The notes: a model not told the origin generated them from the sequence alone. 64,000 nt of DNA from an uncultured Gammaproteobacteria bacterium (GCA_964450885.1 CAYVFE010000001.1:65301-129300); one strand, 5' to 3'. Positions 48,493-58,193 are shown, numbered from the stretch's first letter. Numbers and translations: made by a program.

Positions 48493-49107
48493 ATGATAAG
48501 GCTAGGAATTATCGCTACTTTACTGCTTATTCTGTTTTCTTCTCTCTCAATTAATGTCTATGCACATCCTGGACACCTAGAGCACGACGGCATTGCGCAA
48601 GCAGAATCAGAAGAACCCCTTTCCGATGAAGAATCTACAGAATCGGCGCAAATGGAAGTGGAGCAGAATGTGCAGTACGAACTTGCTTATCCCGGGATGC
48701 TCCCTGATAATCCTTTGTATTTTCTAAAGACGATGCGCGATGCAGTCGTAAGATTCTTGATTTCTGATTCGCTAAAAAAGGCAGAGTTTAATCTACTTAC
48801 TTCGGACAAGAGGATCTATGCAGCGCAGCTTTTGGCGGATAACGATAAGTCAGAATTGGCACTGGAGACCCTTTTGAAGAGCAACAATTATATGCATGAA
48901 GCAGTAGTTTCTCTTTCAAAAGCGAAAGAAGAAGATAAGAATATCAATCCGATACTCTCGAACCTGAAAACCTCCGTGAAAAAACACAGAGAGGTCGTTT
49001 CACGACAAATTGCGCCTAATATGCCGGAGAATATGAGCGACATGATAAATAGAGAATTAGATCGTCTTGAAGACATAGAAAAATCGGCGGATAATCTTGC
49101 CTCATAA
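48493..49107 (+). CDS. secreted DUF5667-like protein
   Basis: Signal peptide and a YPGMLPDNPLYFLK motif common in CPR DUF5667 proteins. Confidence 0.4.
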   Translation: MIRLGIIATLLLILFSSLSINVYAHPGHLEHDGIAQAESEEPLSDEESTESAQMEVEQNVQYELAYPGMLPDNPLYFLKTMRDAVVRFLISDSLKKAEFNLLTSDKRIYAAQLLADNDKSELALETLLKSNNYMHEAVVSLSKAKEEDKNINPILSNLKTSVKKHREVVSRQIAPNMPENMSDMINRELDRLEDIEKSADNLAS

Positions 49108-49234
49108 TAACTGTCATAATAATCTCTTTTGTGCAACAAAAGTAGACACGTCAGAGAGACCATTTTTCTTAGATAATTTTTTGAGTTCAAAATATAAATT
49201 GGGAGTGTTTGATATAGATGTTAGTAGTTGACGG

Positions 49235-49279
49235 TAGTGATTTAGTGTACTACGATGGATTTCGACACTAAATATAGTT
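49235..49279 (+). promoter_or_regulatory. putative paired NrdR boxes
   Basis: GACACTAAATATAGTT at 49264-49279 resembles the NrdR box consensus. A reverse-orientation partner TGATTTAGTGTACT sits about 30 bp upstream. Confidence 0.4.
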
Positions 49280-49385
49280 CTTTTACAAGTTACGGTTAGT
49301 CAGGCAGAAAAGGTAAAAAAGGATTTATTATTTTTAAGTTTTACCTTCTTGCCAGACTTTAAATGTTTTCTTTTAATTTTTTAAT

Positions 49386-49838
49386 ATGCATTGTCCATAC
49401 TGTAATAGTGACCAAACAGAAGTAGTAGAGACCAGGGTTTCTGATGAAGGAGTAAATATAAGACGCAGACGTCTTTGCAGTTCGTGTAGAAAACGTTTTA
49501 CGACCTATGAGAGGATTGAAAATATTACTCTTTTAGTGAAGAAGAAGGACAAGAGGACAGAGCAGTTTAGCCGCGAAAAATTAAAAGGAGGGATACTTAA
49601 ATCTTCTGAGAAGACTACCGTAACACCAAAGAACGTTGAAGATATAGTCGACGATGTCGAACGCGAACTTTTAGGAGGAGAGACTGTCGAAGTAGATAGC
49701 ACCAAAATCGGGAGGATCGTTGCTACAAGACTTAAGAAAATCGACAAAATCGCCTATATAAGATTTGCAAGCGTCTTCAAGCACTTTGTCGACGTAGAGG
49801 ACTTCGAGAAAGAGGTCAAAAAACTAATAAAAAATTAA
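49386..49838 (+). CDS. nrdR: transcriptional repressor NrdR
   Basis: N-terminal zinc ribbon (CPYC...CSSC) and ATP-cone. Confidence 0.85.
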   Translation: MHCPYCNSDQTEVVETRVSDEGVNIRRRRLCSSCRKRFTTYERIENITLLVKKKDKRTEQFSREKLKGGILKSSEKTTVTPKNVEDIVDDVERELLGGETVEVDSTKIGRIVATRLKKIDKIAYIRFASVFKHFVDVEDFEKEVKKLIKN

Positions 49839-49839
49839 T

Positions 49840-52245
49840 ATGGATACACAACTGGACGGAATAAGAAAAAAAGTATTTTTAGATAGATACGCTTTAAAAG
49901 ATAAAGAAGGGACGCTTATCGAAAGCACTCCTGAGCAGATGTGGAGAAGGGTTGCAAAAGGAATAGCGCGCATCGAAAAAGTAAAAGATAGAGAAAAGTG
50001 GGAGGAAAAATTCTACAATGTCTTAACAGACTTCAAATTCGTTCCCGGAGGAAGAATCCTTTCGGGTGCTGGGACAGGATATGAGGTCACATACTTCAAC
50101 TGCTTCGTAATACCGTCTCCTAAAGACTCGAGAGAAGGAATCATAGATAGTCTTAAGCAATTAGTTGAGATCCAAAGCCGCTCCGGCGGAGTTGGCCTCA
50201 ATCTTTCATCTCTTCGACCCCGCGGTGCGAGGGTTAAAAAAGTTAATGGAACCTCGTCTGGCCCTGTCACCTGGGCGGGGCTTTTTTCATATGCGACGCA
50301 CGACGTCGTGCAGCAAGGCGGAACCCGCAGGGGTGCTACTATGCTTATGCTCTGGGATTGGCATCCTGATATCGAGGAGTTTATTACTGTTAAAGAGGAC
50401 CTGACGAAAATAAATGGAGCCAACCTATCAGTATGCGTAAGCGACGCCTTCATGAAGGCGGTAAAAGAAGACGGAGACTGGGATCTGGTGTATCCAGATC
50501 TTTCGGATCCTGATTATGATGAAAAATGGGACGGGGACATAACAGAATGGAAAGAGTCTGGAAGGAAAGTAAAACTATATAAGACCGTCAAAGCGCGGGA
50601 GCTTTGGGATAAGATCTGCACAGCTGCATGGAAATCGGCAGAGCCAGGGCTTCATTTCCTAGAGCGTTCAAACAAGCAAAGCAACACCTGGTATTTCGAA
50701 AAATTAATCGCGACAAATCCATGTGGAGAGCAGCCTTTGGGCGGATGGGCAGTATGTAATCTCGGAGCGATGAACTTGGCCCAGTATGTAAACGATAAGC
50801 AATTTGACTACGAGAATTTTTCACAGGATGTAAAGGTTGCTATGAGGCTTTTGGACAACGTGATCGATGATACGTATTACTTTTTTGAGCAAAACGAAAA
50901 ATGCGCCAAGGAAATCCGCAGGACAGGGTTGGGAATTATGGGTATCGCCGACGCGCTTATAAAAATGGAGCTTCGTTATGGAAGTGATGAGGCCCAAATC
51001 GTAATCGAAAAGATATTCAAGACGCTCCGCGACAACGCATATGATGCATCCTCAGATATAGCAAAAGAAAAAGGATCTTTTCCAAAATTTGATAAAGAAA
51101 AATATCTTCAGGGATATCATATAAAAGCTCTTCCTAAAAGAATCCGCGAAAAGATTGAGACGCAGGGGATAAGAAATGCAGTCCTTCTAACCATCGCTCC
51201 GACAGGAACCACGAGCTTGGTATCTGGAGTATCGTCCGGAGTGGAGCCTGTTTATGAGTTTGTCTTCAAGAGAAAGTGGAGAGGTGGAGAAGAGACTTTA
51301 TATCATCCACTATTCGAGCAATGGAAGAAAGAGAATCCAGACGCGGAAGTTCCAGAGTATTTTGTCTCAGCAAATGACCTGACGCCTATCGAACACGCAA
51401 AGGTGCAGGCTGTTGCGCAGAAATATATAGACTCGTCGATCTCAAAGACAGTCAATGCACCGAACGCACATACGATAGAAGACGTAAAGACTCTTTATAT
51501 GATGGCTTATGACATGGGGCTAAAAGGGATTACCTATATGAGAGACGGTTCGCGTCAGGGAGTCTTGGAGAGAATCGACGACAAGAAAAAAGAAGAAGAG
51601 GTCAAGAAACAGCCGATTCTAAAAAGACCATCAGTCCTGCACGGATTTACAGTAGAGAAAAAGACTCCTATCGGAAATACTTTCGTGACTATAAATCAGG
51701 ATGAGGATGGAAATCCATTCGAAGTATTTATGACCATGGGAAAGTCCGGATCCGATGTCGCAGCGATGGCGGAGGCTTTGGGCCGCACGATATCTCTTAT
51801 CCTCCGAATGCAAAGCCCTGTGGAGCACCGTGAGCGCATGCGTCAGATCGTTGCACAGTTGTCAGGCATAGGAGGACAGCGCAGCGTGGGATTTGGGGAA
51901 AATCGTGTCCGTTCACTTCCGGATGCAGTCGCAAAAACACTTGCCGAGGTCTATGAATTCAGGGTAAACGGCCGTGTAGAGGATAAGAATCCTGCAGGCG
52001 CAAATGGTAATGGCCACTCAAATGGTAATGGGAATGGTAACGGTTCTTACAAGAAGTTGACGTCATCTGCTCCAGTAGATATGCCTCTGGAGGATAATTC
52101 TGGTGTAGAGCCATCTTTGCAGACGATCGCTCCGATGTCAGAAGAAGCACATAACGGAGATATATGTCCAGAGTGTGGATCCGCAAGTTTCGTACATGAA
52201 GAAGGCTGCGCCAAGTGCTATGCATGCGGCCACGCCGAATGCTAG
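49840..52245 (+). CDS. nrdJ: class II adenosylcobalamin-dependent ribonucleotide reductase
   Basis: 801 aa. NPCGEQPL active-site motif. C-terminal Zn-ribbon (CPECGS...CAKCYACGH). GNGHSNGNGNGNG linker repeat. Starts 1 nt after nrdR. Confidence 0.8.
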   Translation: MDTQLDGIRKKVFLDRYALKDKEGTLIESTPEQMWRRVAKGIARIEKVKDREKWEEKFYNVLTDFKFVPGGRILSGAGTGYEVTYFNCFVIPSPKDSREGIIDSLKQLVEIQSRSGGVGLNLSSLRPRGARVKKVNGTSSGPVTWAGLFSYATHDVVQQGGTRRGATMLMLWDWHPDIEEFITVKEDLTKINGANLSVCVSDAFMKAVKEDGDWDLVYPDLSDPDYDEKWDGDITEWKESGRKVKLYKTVKARELWDKICTAAWKSAEPGLHFLERSNKQSNTWYFEKLIATNPCGEQPLGGWAVCNLGAMNLAQYVNDKQFDYENFSQDVKVAMRLLDNVIDDTYYFFEQNEKCAKEIRRTGLGIMGIADALIKMELRYGSDEAQIVIEKIFKTLRDNAYDASSDIAKEKGSFPKFDKEKYLQGYHIKALPKRIREKIETQGIRNAVLLTIAPTGTTSLVSGVSSGVEPVYEFVFKRKWRGGEETLYHPLFEQWKKENPDAEVPEYFVSANDLTPIEHAKVQAVAQKYIDSSISKTVNAPNAHTIEDVKTLYMMAYDMGLKGITYMRDGSRQGVLERIDDKKKEEEVKKQPILKRPSVLHGFTVEKKTPIGNTFVTINQDEDGNPFEVFMTMGKSGSDVAAMAEALGRTISLILRMQSPVEHRERMRQIVAQLSGIGGQRSVGFGENRVRSLPDAVAKTLAEVYEFRVNGRVEDKNPAGANGNGHSNGNGNGNGSYKKLTSSAPVDMPLEDNSGVEPSLQTIAPMSEEAHNGDICPECGSASFVHEEGCAKCYACGHAEC

Positions 52246-52432
52246 ATAGCTAGTTGCTAGCTATGTGAATTTAAGATAATATATCAAAGGTTAATTTAGG
52301 TAAGTAGGGTGTGATTCCCTCTCAGTGCCGCTACCGTAAAGACGGAAAACGAATTAACTTTTACGCTCGAGCAAGCATTTCTACAACCTAATCCAGACTG
52401 CAGAAATCCTTCTCGAGTAGAGGGATTTTTTT

Positions 52433-52987
52433 ATGGCTATTTATACAAAAAAAGGAGATAAAGGTAGGACATCTTTGGGAAATGGTGTTCGTGTGTGGAA
52501 AGACAGCAGGCGTGTGGATGCCTACGGTACAATAGACGAATTAAATGCGCTGCTGGGAGTTATCGAATCAGAGTTAAGCCTAATCAATAGGAAGTATGCA
52601 AAGTACGTAAGAGAAATCATAATAACTGTCCAGAACGACCTCTTTTGCATCGGTTCTTATCTTTCTAATCCTGCAAATCGTGAACTTATCTCCCATCTGT
52701 CTGAAAACACTCTAGAGTTTGAGAAAAAAATAGATGAGATGACGCAAAAGCTTCCTGAGCTCACGAACTTTATTCTTCCTGGAGGGACCATCGTTGGTGC
52801 GAATCTGCAGATAGCAAGAGCTGTCAGTCGTCGTGCTGAGCGAAAGCTGATAAGTCTTATCCGCCGCGAGAAAGTTAATCCTGATGTGGTCCAATATATA
52901 AATAGACTTTCAGATCTATTTTTCACGCTATCGCGTTTCACGAACTTTGAGGCAAAAAAGAAAGAGATTATCTGGAAAAAAAGATAA
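52433..52987 (+). CDS. PduO-type ATP:cob(I)alamin adenosyltransferase
   Basis: N-terminus MAIYTKKGDKGRTSL...RVDAYGTIDELN, the canonical PduO/MMAB signature. Confidence 0.75.
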   Translation: MAIYTKKGDKGRTSLGNGVRVWKDSRRVDAYGTIDELNALLGVIESELSLINRKYAKYVREIIITVQNDLFCIGSYLSNPANRELISHLSENTLEFEKKIDEMTQKLPELTNFILPGGTIVGANLQIARAVSRRAERKLISLIRREKVNPDVVQYINRLSDLFFTLSRFTNFEAKKKEIIWKKR

Positions 52988-54109
52988 ATGGTAGAAGTAT
53001 TAAGAAATTTTGATATAGCCCACGAAGAAGCTCGAGTTCAAAAAGAGCTTTCGAATATCAGCTCATATGAAAGTTACCGCAAAAGACGCGATGCTCTAAT
53101 TTCTTATAACACTGACCAGATGATAACCAATCTTGGTGAGAGATTTAATGTCCTTTTGAGTAACTATGAATACGACATAAAAGATGGGCAGCTTTGGGGG
53201 AAGGATATGGACGAGCCAGCAATAGATTCTTTTGTGAGAGGAAGGGATTATAGGCGTGAACATGGAAAGCAGGTAGATTTTGGACGTGAAGAAGCTGAAG
53301 TAATCGGTTTTAAAAAAATTCAGGATATTATGACGGATGAAACTACACCTGAGGGTACGATTATGATGTCTGTATCTAGGCCGGGTCGTGCAGGGAGCAC
53401 ATACGAGCACAATTTTATAGATTTTCACACGAAAAAAACCGGAAAGGACGGGAGAGTTTATATGGAAAGCCAGAGGGTCAGCTCTGGACTTACAGAAAGT
53501 GAAACACTGGATAAAATCAGTGCGTTTGCGAAATTGGATATAGACGAAAACGACGTTGCAGCCTCACTTTTGGAGCAGCCAGTTATGATAACAGAGGGGC
53601 TTTCTATAGAAGACGTCAGGTTCTATCTTTATCGGGATCATGACTATATGGATGAAAGAGCTTTTGAGGTAATAAAAAATAGCGTCTCGCATTTGACAGC
53701 TGAGTACGCAAAAAGTTTAGTAGTTAGGCCCGATGACAGAAATTACCACAGGATTCTATTTAATACGATATTGAATAAAGCGGATGAGGTTGCCGAGGGG
53801 ATAAAGATAGATGGGATTGATCTCTGGCGTAATAGGATTCCGATTTCGACAGAGTATTATGTAAAGCAGGAAATAGAAAATTACGGCTATAATGAGGTGA
53901 AGGAGATAAGAGCTGGGTGTGGAGTATCGGGAGGGTTTGATATTGAACTTACTGAAAGCCCGCTTAGTGTCAGTGAATACGGTACAAAAAAAGATAAATA
54001 CGGCGAGCGGTCGTTTAAGTGTCCTGCCTGTAACAAGGAAAATGTGAGACCGCATAACAAGCTTTTGTCTCATTGTCAGCACTGTAGGAGTACGGAGGTG
54101 GCATGTTAA
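52988..54109 (+). CDS. hypothetical protein with C-terminal zinc-ribbon
   Basis: 373 aa. KCPACNKEN...CQHCRS at the C-terminus. Confidence 0.4.
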   Translation: MVEVLRNFDIAHEEARVQKELSNISSYESYRKRRDALISYNTDQMITNLGERFNVLLSNYEYDIKDGQLWGKDMDEPAIDSFVRGRDYRREHGKQVDFGREEAEVIGFKKIQDIMTDETTPEGTIMMSVSRPGRAGSTYEHNFIDFHTKKTGKDGRVYMESQRVSSGLTESETLDKISAFAKLDIDENDVAASLLEQPVMITEGLSIEDVRFYLYRDHDYMDERAFEVIKNSVSHLTAEYAKSLVVRPDDRNYHRILFNTILNKADEVAEGIKIDGIDLWRNRIPISTEYYVKQEIENYGYNEVKEIRAGCGVSGGFDIELTESPLSVSEYGTKKDKYGERSFKCPACNKENVRPHNKLLSHCQHCRSTEVAC

Positions 54110-54273
54110 TTATGGATGACTGCGATAGATGTTATCAGATAATATGTGGAGGTTGCGGTTGGAAAGCGACAGACCGGGATATTCTTATGATCCAGGCGGG
54201 ATATATGAAAGAATGCCCTGATTGTGGATGGATGCCGGGAGATATTGTTGAAAATGAGGCTGAAATAACATAA
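54103..54273 (+). CDS. small zinc-ribbon protein (56 aa)
   Basis: Unlisted ORF MLIMDDCDRCYQIICGGCGW...CPDCGWMPG. RBS GGAGGTG upstream. Its ATG overlaps the upstream TAA (ATGTTAA). Confidence 0.35.
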   Translation: MLIMDDCDRCYQIICGGCGWKATDRDILMIQAGYMKECPDCGWMPGDIVENEAEIT

Positions 54274-54393
54274 ATAACTTATAGTTTTAGTATGAGTTTG
54301 TGGACAACTTGCGGACAACCTAAATACCTAGTCTTATAGTTTTAGTTCAAAATATAATAAATAATTCTACCGAAAATATCTATAATTATAGAT

Positions 54394-55104
54394 ATGAAAG
54401 AGCTGCTTCTCTCGATACTTTTCCCTAAAAGATGCGTTAACTGTAAAAGATTCGGCAAATACATCTGTGATGACTGCTTTGCACGCATTCACTATCTGGA
54501 TTTTTCAAAGTGCATAGAGTGTATGAAGCCATCGGTCAGCAGTCTCACACACGCGAAGTGCAAGAGGAAAAATAGCATGGATGGAGTTTTTGTTGCAGTA
54601 GAGTATAAAAGCGTAATCAAAAAGGCAGTGTACTCCTACAAATACGAGCCCTATATTTATCATCTGGGCGAAATATTCTCTAGGCTGATGTATGAGTCTC
54701 TCGTTCAAAATGAAGTAGCGCAAAACGTGCTTTCGGTATCCTCTAATGTGTGGATAACTTGTGTACCGCTTCATGAAAAGAGGCTGCGAAAAAGAGGATA
54801 TAACCAGAGTGAAATATTAGGAAGGAAGTTGTCTGAAAAAATGAAATTACGCTTCAATTCGAATCTTCTCATACGCACTAGAAATACTATTGCCCAGTTC
54901 AAATTGAAAAAGGAGGAGAGGGCAAAAAATATAGTAGGTGCATTTGAGATCACGCCTAAATATAGTGAAAAAATGCGCGGGAAAACAATCTTTATAGTAG
55001 ATGATGTCTTTACGAGTGGTGCGACATTGCGTGAATGTGGAAAACTTTTGAAGAAAGCAGGCGCGAAAGCGGTCTACGGCCTCATATTCTCCATGGAACA
55101 GTAA
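54394..55104 (+). CDS. comFC: ComF family protein (phosphoribosyltransferase domain)
   Basis: N-terminal Cys4 (CVNCKRF...CDDC). C-terminal PRTase motif IFIVDDVFTSGATL. Confidence 0.7.
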   Translation: MKELLLSILFPKRCVNCKRFGKYICDDCFARIHYLDFSKCIECMKPSVSSLTHAKCKRKNSMDGVFVAVEYKSVIKKAVYSYKYEPYIYHLGEIFSRLMYESLVQNEVAQNVLSVSSNVWITCVPLHEKRLRKRGYNQSEILGRKLSEKMKLRFNSNLLIRTRNTIAQFKLKKEERAKNIVGAFEITPKYSEKMRGKTIFIVDDVFTSGATLRECGKLLKKAGAKAVYGLIFSMEQ

Positions 55105-55121
55105 TTTTTGAGTCTACCAGC

Positions 55122-55150
55122 TTGATTCTATAGGCCTATTTTAGTATAAT
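55122..55150 (+). promoter_or_regulatory. sigma-70-type promoter for tmRNA
   Basis: TTGATT-17 nt-TATAAT, ending 9 nt before the tmRNA 5' end. Confidence 0.5.
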
Positions 55151-55159
55151 ATTCGTCCT

Positions 55160-55546
55160 GGGGATGTATTGATTCGACAGGATTTGTACTTTAAAAACTG
55201 CAAGCCGACAATGATACTAGTCGTAAACGCGTATCAAAAATACATGCTAAACCTAGTTTTAGCGGCGTAAAGCGATTTTTCGCTGATCGTATGCCAACAG
55301 CTAACCCTGTTGGTTATATGCCAGCTTTCGCATAAGCCTGTTCGCTCTCACTCGCTTCTCACACGAGAGAACGAGCATAAACCTGTGAGAAAACTTAACG
55401 GGATTGGTTGAACCGTTTCGTATAAAACCTTTGTCTGGCTTTTCCAGTTAGTAGGATCGAAATTAGACGAGATTAAATACTAACTAAGCTTGTAGATGTT
55501 TAGGAGACAAGTTTTGGACGCCGGGTCACACTCGGCCATCTCCACA
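55160..55546 (+). ncRNA. ssrA: tmRNA
   Basis: 5' GGGGATGTATTGATTCGACAGG. The acceptor stem pairs with 3' CATCTCC-A-CA, and the T arm GCCGG-GTCACAC-TCGGC is adjacent. Internal ORF ...GCG TAT CAA AAA TAC ATG CTA AAC CTA GTT TTA GCG GCG TAA gives tag AYQKYMLNLVLAA. Confidence 0.7.
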
Positions 55547-55548
55547 TT

Positions 55549-56001
55549 TTAGATCAATTCTTTGAGTTCGCGTTCCTGTACGCGCTCTATAGCAGCTCTT
55601 TTGCTGTCTTTTCTTTTTTCGTAAGACTTTTTGCCTTTTGAGATCGCCACTTCTACTTTAAAATTTCCTTTACTTATGAATATCTTGAGAGGAACTAGGG
55701 TATAGTTACCAGTTTCGAGTTTGCTTTTTATCGCTTGAATTTCTTTTCTATGAAGCAGTAATTTTCTACTTCTGTCTTCCTGGTAGTTATCGATTCTTGA
55801 GAATTTGTAGGGGAAGATCTTTGCATTCACCAGAAAAGCCTCGCCACCTATGATTTTCACATAGGACGAGTTGAGGTCGACGTGGCCAGAACGTACAGCC
55901 TTTACCTCTGATCCTAAAAGGACGATTCCTGCGACCATTTTTTCATTTATCTGAAAATTTTTAGGTGCAGTTTTGTTAAATATCTTTATATTATCTTGCA
56001 T
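55549..56001 (-). CDS. smpB: SsrA-binding protein
   Basis: 150 aa with typical SmpB sequence and a basic C-tail. Convergent with and abutting the tmRNA 3' end. Confidence 0.85.
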   Translation of the reverse strand: MQDNIKIFNKTAPKNFQINEKMVAGIVLLGSEVKAVRSGHVDLNSSYVKIIGGEAFLVNAKIFPYKFSRIDNYQEDRSRKLLLHRKEIQAIKSKLETGNYTLVPLKIFISKGNFKVEVAISKGKKSYEKRKDSKRAAIERVQERELKELI

Positions 56002-56135
56002 CTAAGAAAGTATTATAACGCATTGCGCGGAGCAGAGGGGAGAGCAAAGTGCTAAAGTGAGGCTGCAATTACTATAGACTATATCATACTATAACACCGT
56101 TTCACAAGAATGTGGATAACTTTTCACGAGAATAA

Positions 56136-57962
56136 TTATAGGTCGTAGGAATAAACCTGATCATCTATGACCACGTATGCTTTGGTTTCATCAGGGCTTA
56201 CTGTAAATGATTTTGCTTTTTGTAAATCTAGGGAATTAAATTGTTTGACGATACTTCCACTGGTGCTTATTTGCGCTATGCTCGCGTTGTCTATATCGAG
56301 TATGTAGACATTGCCTAAATTTTCATTTGCATATAATAGGGCGTTTGGAGATATTTTTAGCGTAGGATCAAGCTCAAATTCGTCATTATTTGTACCTCGA
56401 GTGAATTTTCGGATATTGCCGTCGTCGGTCAATATATAAATTGAGCTATCAATCGCAAACGATATAGGTTTTCCAGAAAGATTTATATCATCTGAAAAAT
56501 AATTCGACTCGGAAAAGCTGCTCCCTGAATATTTTTTTACTACCTCTCCCCCATTATTTAACAAATAAATGTTGGAGCCAAAATATGAAATGTCGATAGC
56601 ATCCGCATCCTCAATTATCTCGCTTTTGTTGCCGTTTGATATAGTTATGCGGTTGACAGAGGTGCCCAGCAGATAAAGGTAGGTATCATCACTTATCATG
56701 CGCTTTATTTCTACATCTTCGAATTCTTCCTCAGACTCGATGTCTCCATCTGAGTTAAGTGCCGCGAAGCCTCTATTTCCAGCGATGATAAGATTGTCTC
56801 CGCTTTGTGATATCCCAGAAATACTATCCAGGACGTTGGAATCTGACGCATCAAAAATAACTGCCCCTGCGATTTGACTACCTCCGCCTAGCTCATCACG
56901 AAGATTTTTTAACTGACTCAACAGATCTGATAATTTTTTGTATTCCTCTGATCCTTGCGAAAATTTATCGAGATTATTTTCAATGTTACTGATTGCTTCA
57001 CTTACCTCCTCAAGCGCCCTGCCTCTATTTAGACTAGAAAGATTCTTTGCGCTTTCAAGCTTTTGTGAAGATGCATCATAAACGATATTGAATTGTTCGG
57101 AAGCAATCTTTCGTTGTTCCATATATTTTTCAGTAAATAAGCTTGCTAAAAGTAAAAATACTATAAGGATGGCAAAGATAATAATCCCCTTTTGTTTTTT
57201 AGAAATATTCCTAAATCTATTTTTGAAGCTTTCAAGTAGGCCCCGGTTTTTTATTTCACCACCATTTTCTTCCCGATCCTCAATAGTGTTTTTTCCGCTA
57301 TCTGTTATTTGCTCATGTTCGGATTCATGGATGGTAGTCTCAGAGGGATCAGATGTAGGAGTTGGCGGTATTGTGTGTTGGTTCGGATTTTTGAAATGGA
57401 CTATTATCGCGGCCTCTTCCCCTTTGGAATCTTCGAGGATAAAGGGGGCGATATCTTCAGCCAGTTTTTGGCTGTCATGACTACCAGTGTACTCGGCAAG
57501 TAATTTGTTTGATATTTTTTTATTGAATTCATTTGTCTGGAGGATTATCATGTCGTCCTGTCTTAATCTTCCGGAGAAGCCGATAATTTTATTCTGCTCT
57601 CCCCTAGCGACCTCAGCAAGGTTGTTGTCACGCTCGATGAGGACCACAGCTGAAGAGGCAGTTACTATGTATAGAATGTCGTCTTTGATAGCACCAATAA
57701 CAGCTGAGTAGTTGATATCATTTTCAAGAGGAGAGAAAACTTTTTCGACAGCATTTTTAATTTCCAAAAGATTTTTATCGTCGATTGCGAAAAATTCTCT
57801 CTGGATTTGCTCCAAGATATTTTTTCCTTTAGATATTATCCCTTCGCTTTCATTCGTCGAAGATAGTCCGAGTGCAATATACAGTTTGCCCGTTGAGCTC
57901 GCTTGCGACCAAGAAGTCTGACTAGGCGTGCCGACTATTTTTGAGATCAGTATGTCATTCAT
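56136..57962 (-). CDS. bitopic membrane protein with C-terminal beta-propeller-like repeats, hypothetical
   Basis: 608 aa. Central TM (GIIIFAILIVFLLLASLF). Repeated YIL/NGG/DDG blades in the C-terminal half. Confidence 0.4.
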   Translation of the reverse strand: MNDILISKIVGTPSQTSWSQASSTGKLYIALGLSSTNESEGIISKGKNILEQIQREFFAIDDKNLLEIKNAVEKVFSPLENDINYSAVIGAIKDDILYIVTASSAVVLIERDNNLAEVARGEQNKIIGFSGRLRQDDMIILQTNEFNKKISNKLLAEYTGSHDSQKLAEDIAPFILEDSKGEEAAIIVHFKNPNQHTIPPTPTSDPSETTIHESEHEQITDSGKNTIEDREENGGEIKNRGLLESFKNRFRNISKKQKGIIIFAILIVFLLLASLFTEKYMEQRKIASEQFNIVYDASSQKLESAKNLSSLNRGRALEEVSEAISNIENNLDKFSQGSEEYKKLSDLLSQLKNLRDELGGGSQIAGAVIFDASDSNVLDSISGISQSGDNLIIAGNRGFAALNSDGDIESEEEFEDVEIKRMISDDTYLYLLGTSVNRITISNGNKSEIIEDADAIDISYFGSNIYLLNNGGEVVKKYSGSSFSESNYFSDDINLSGKPISFAIDSSIYILTDDGNIRKFTRGTNNDEFELDPTLKISPNALLYANENLGNVYILDIDNASIAQISTSGSIVKQFNSLDLQKAKSFTVSPDETKAYVVIDDQVYSYDL

Positions 57963-58189
57963 AGTGTTAATAGAATTGTAAGTATCAGAATAATTACAGC
58001 TCCTACATTCAAAAATCCAATCAGTTGGAATATAGGCGCAAATCCTTCTTGAGTTATTATCTTATTGTACGTTGTTATTTGGATAGATAAAACCAGTGCG
58101 TAGAATCCATAGATGATAAGTAATATCAAGATGACTATAGATACAAATGTATCTTGAGTAATTAAAGTGAAAAAATCTGGTAGTTGCAT
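57959..58189 (-). CDS. small membrane protein, hypothetical
   Basis: 76 aa with two TM segments. Overlaps the downstream gene start by 4 nt. Confidence 0.3.
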   Translation of the reverse strand: MQLPDFFTLITQDTFVSIVILILLIIYGFYALVLSIQITTYNKIITQEGFAPIFQLIGFLNVGAVIILILTILLTL

Positions 58190-58193
58190 AAGT

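Noticed and set aside
51990-52050. Short GGTAATGG tandem repeats, considered as CRISPR or repeat element
   Set aside because: They are in-frame Gly-Asn codon repeats inside nrdJ (GNGHSNGNGNGNG). No spacer-repeat periodicity. Not CRISPR.
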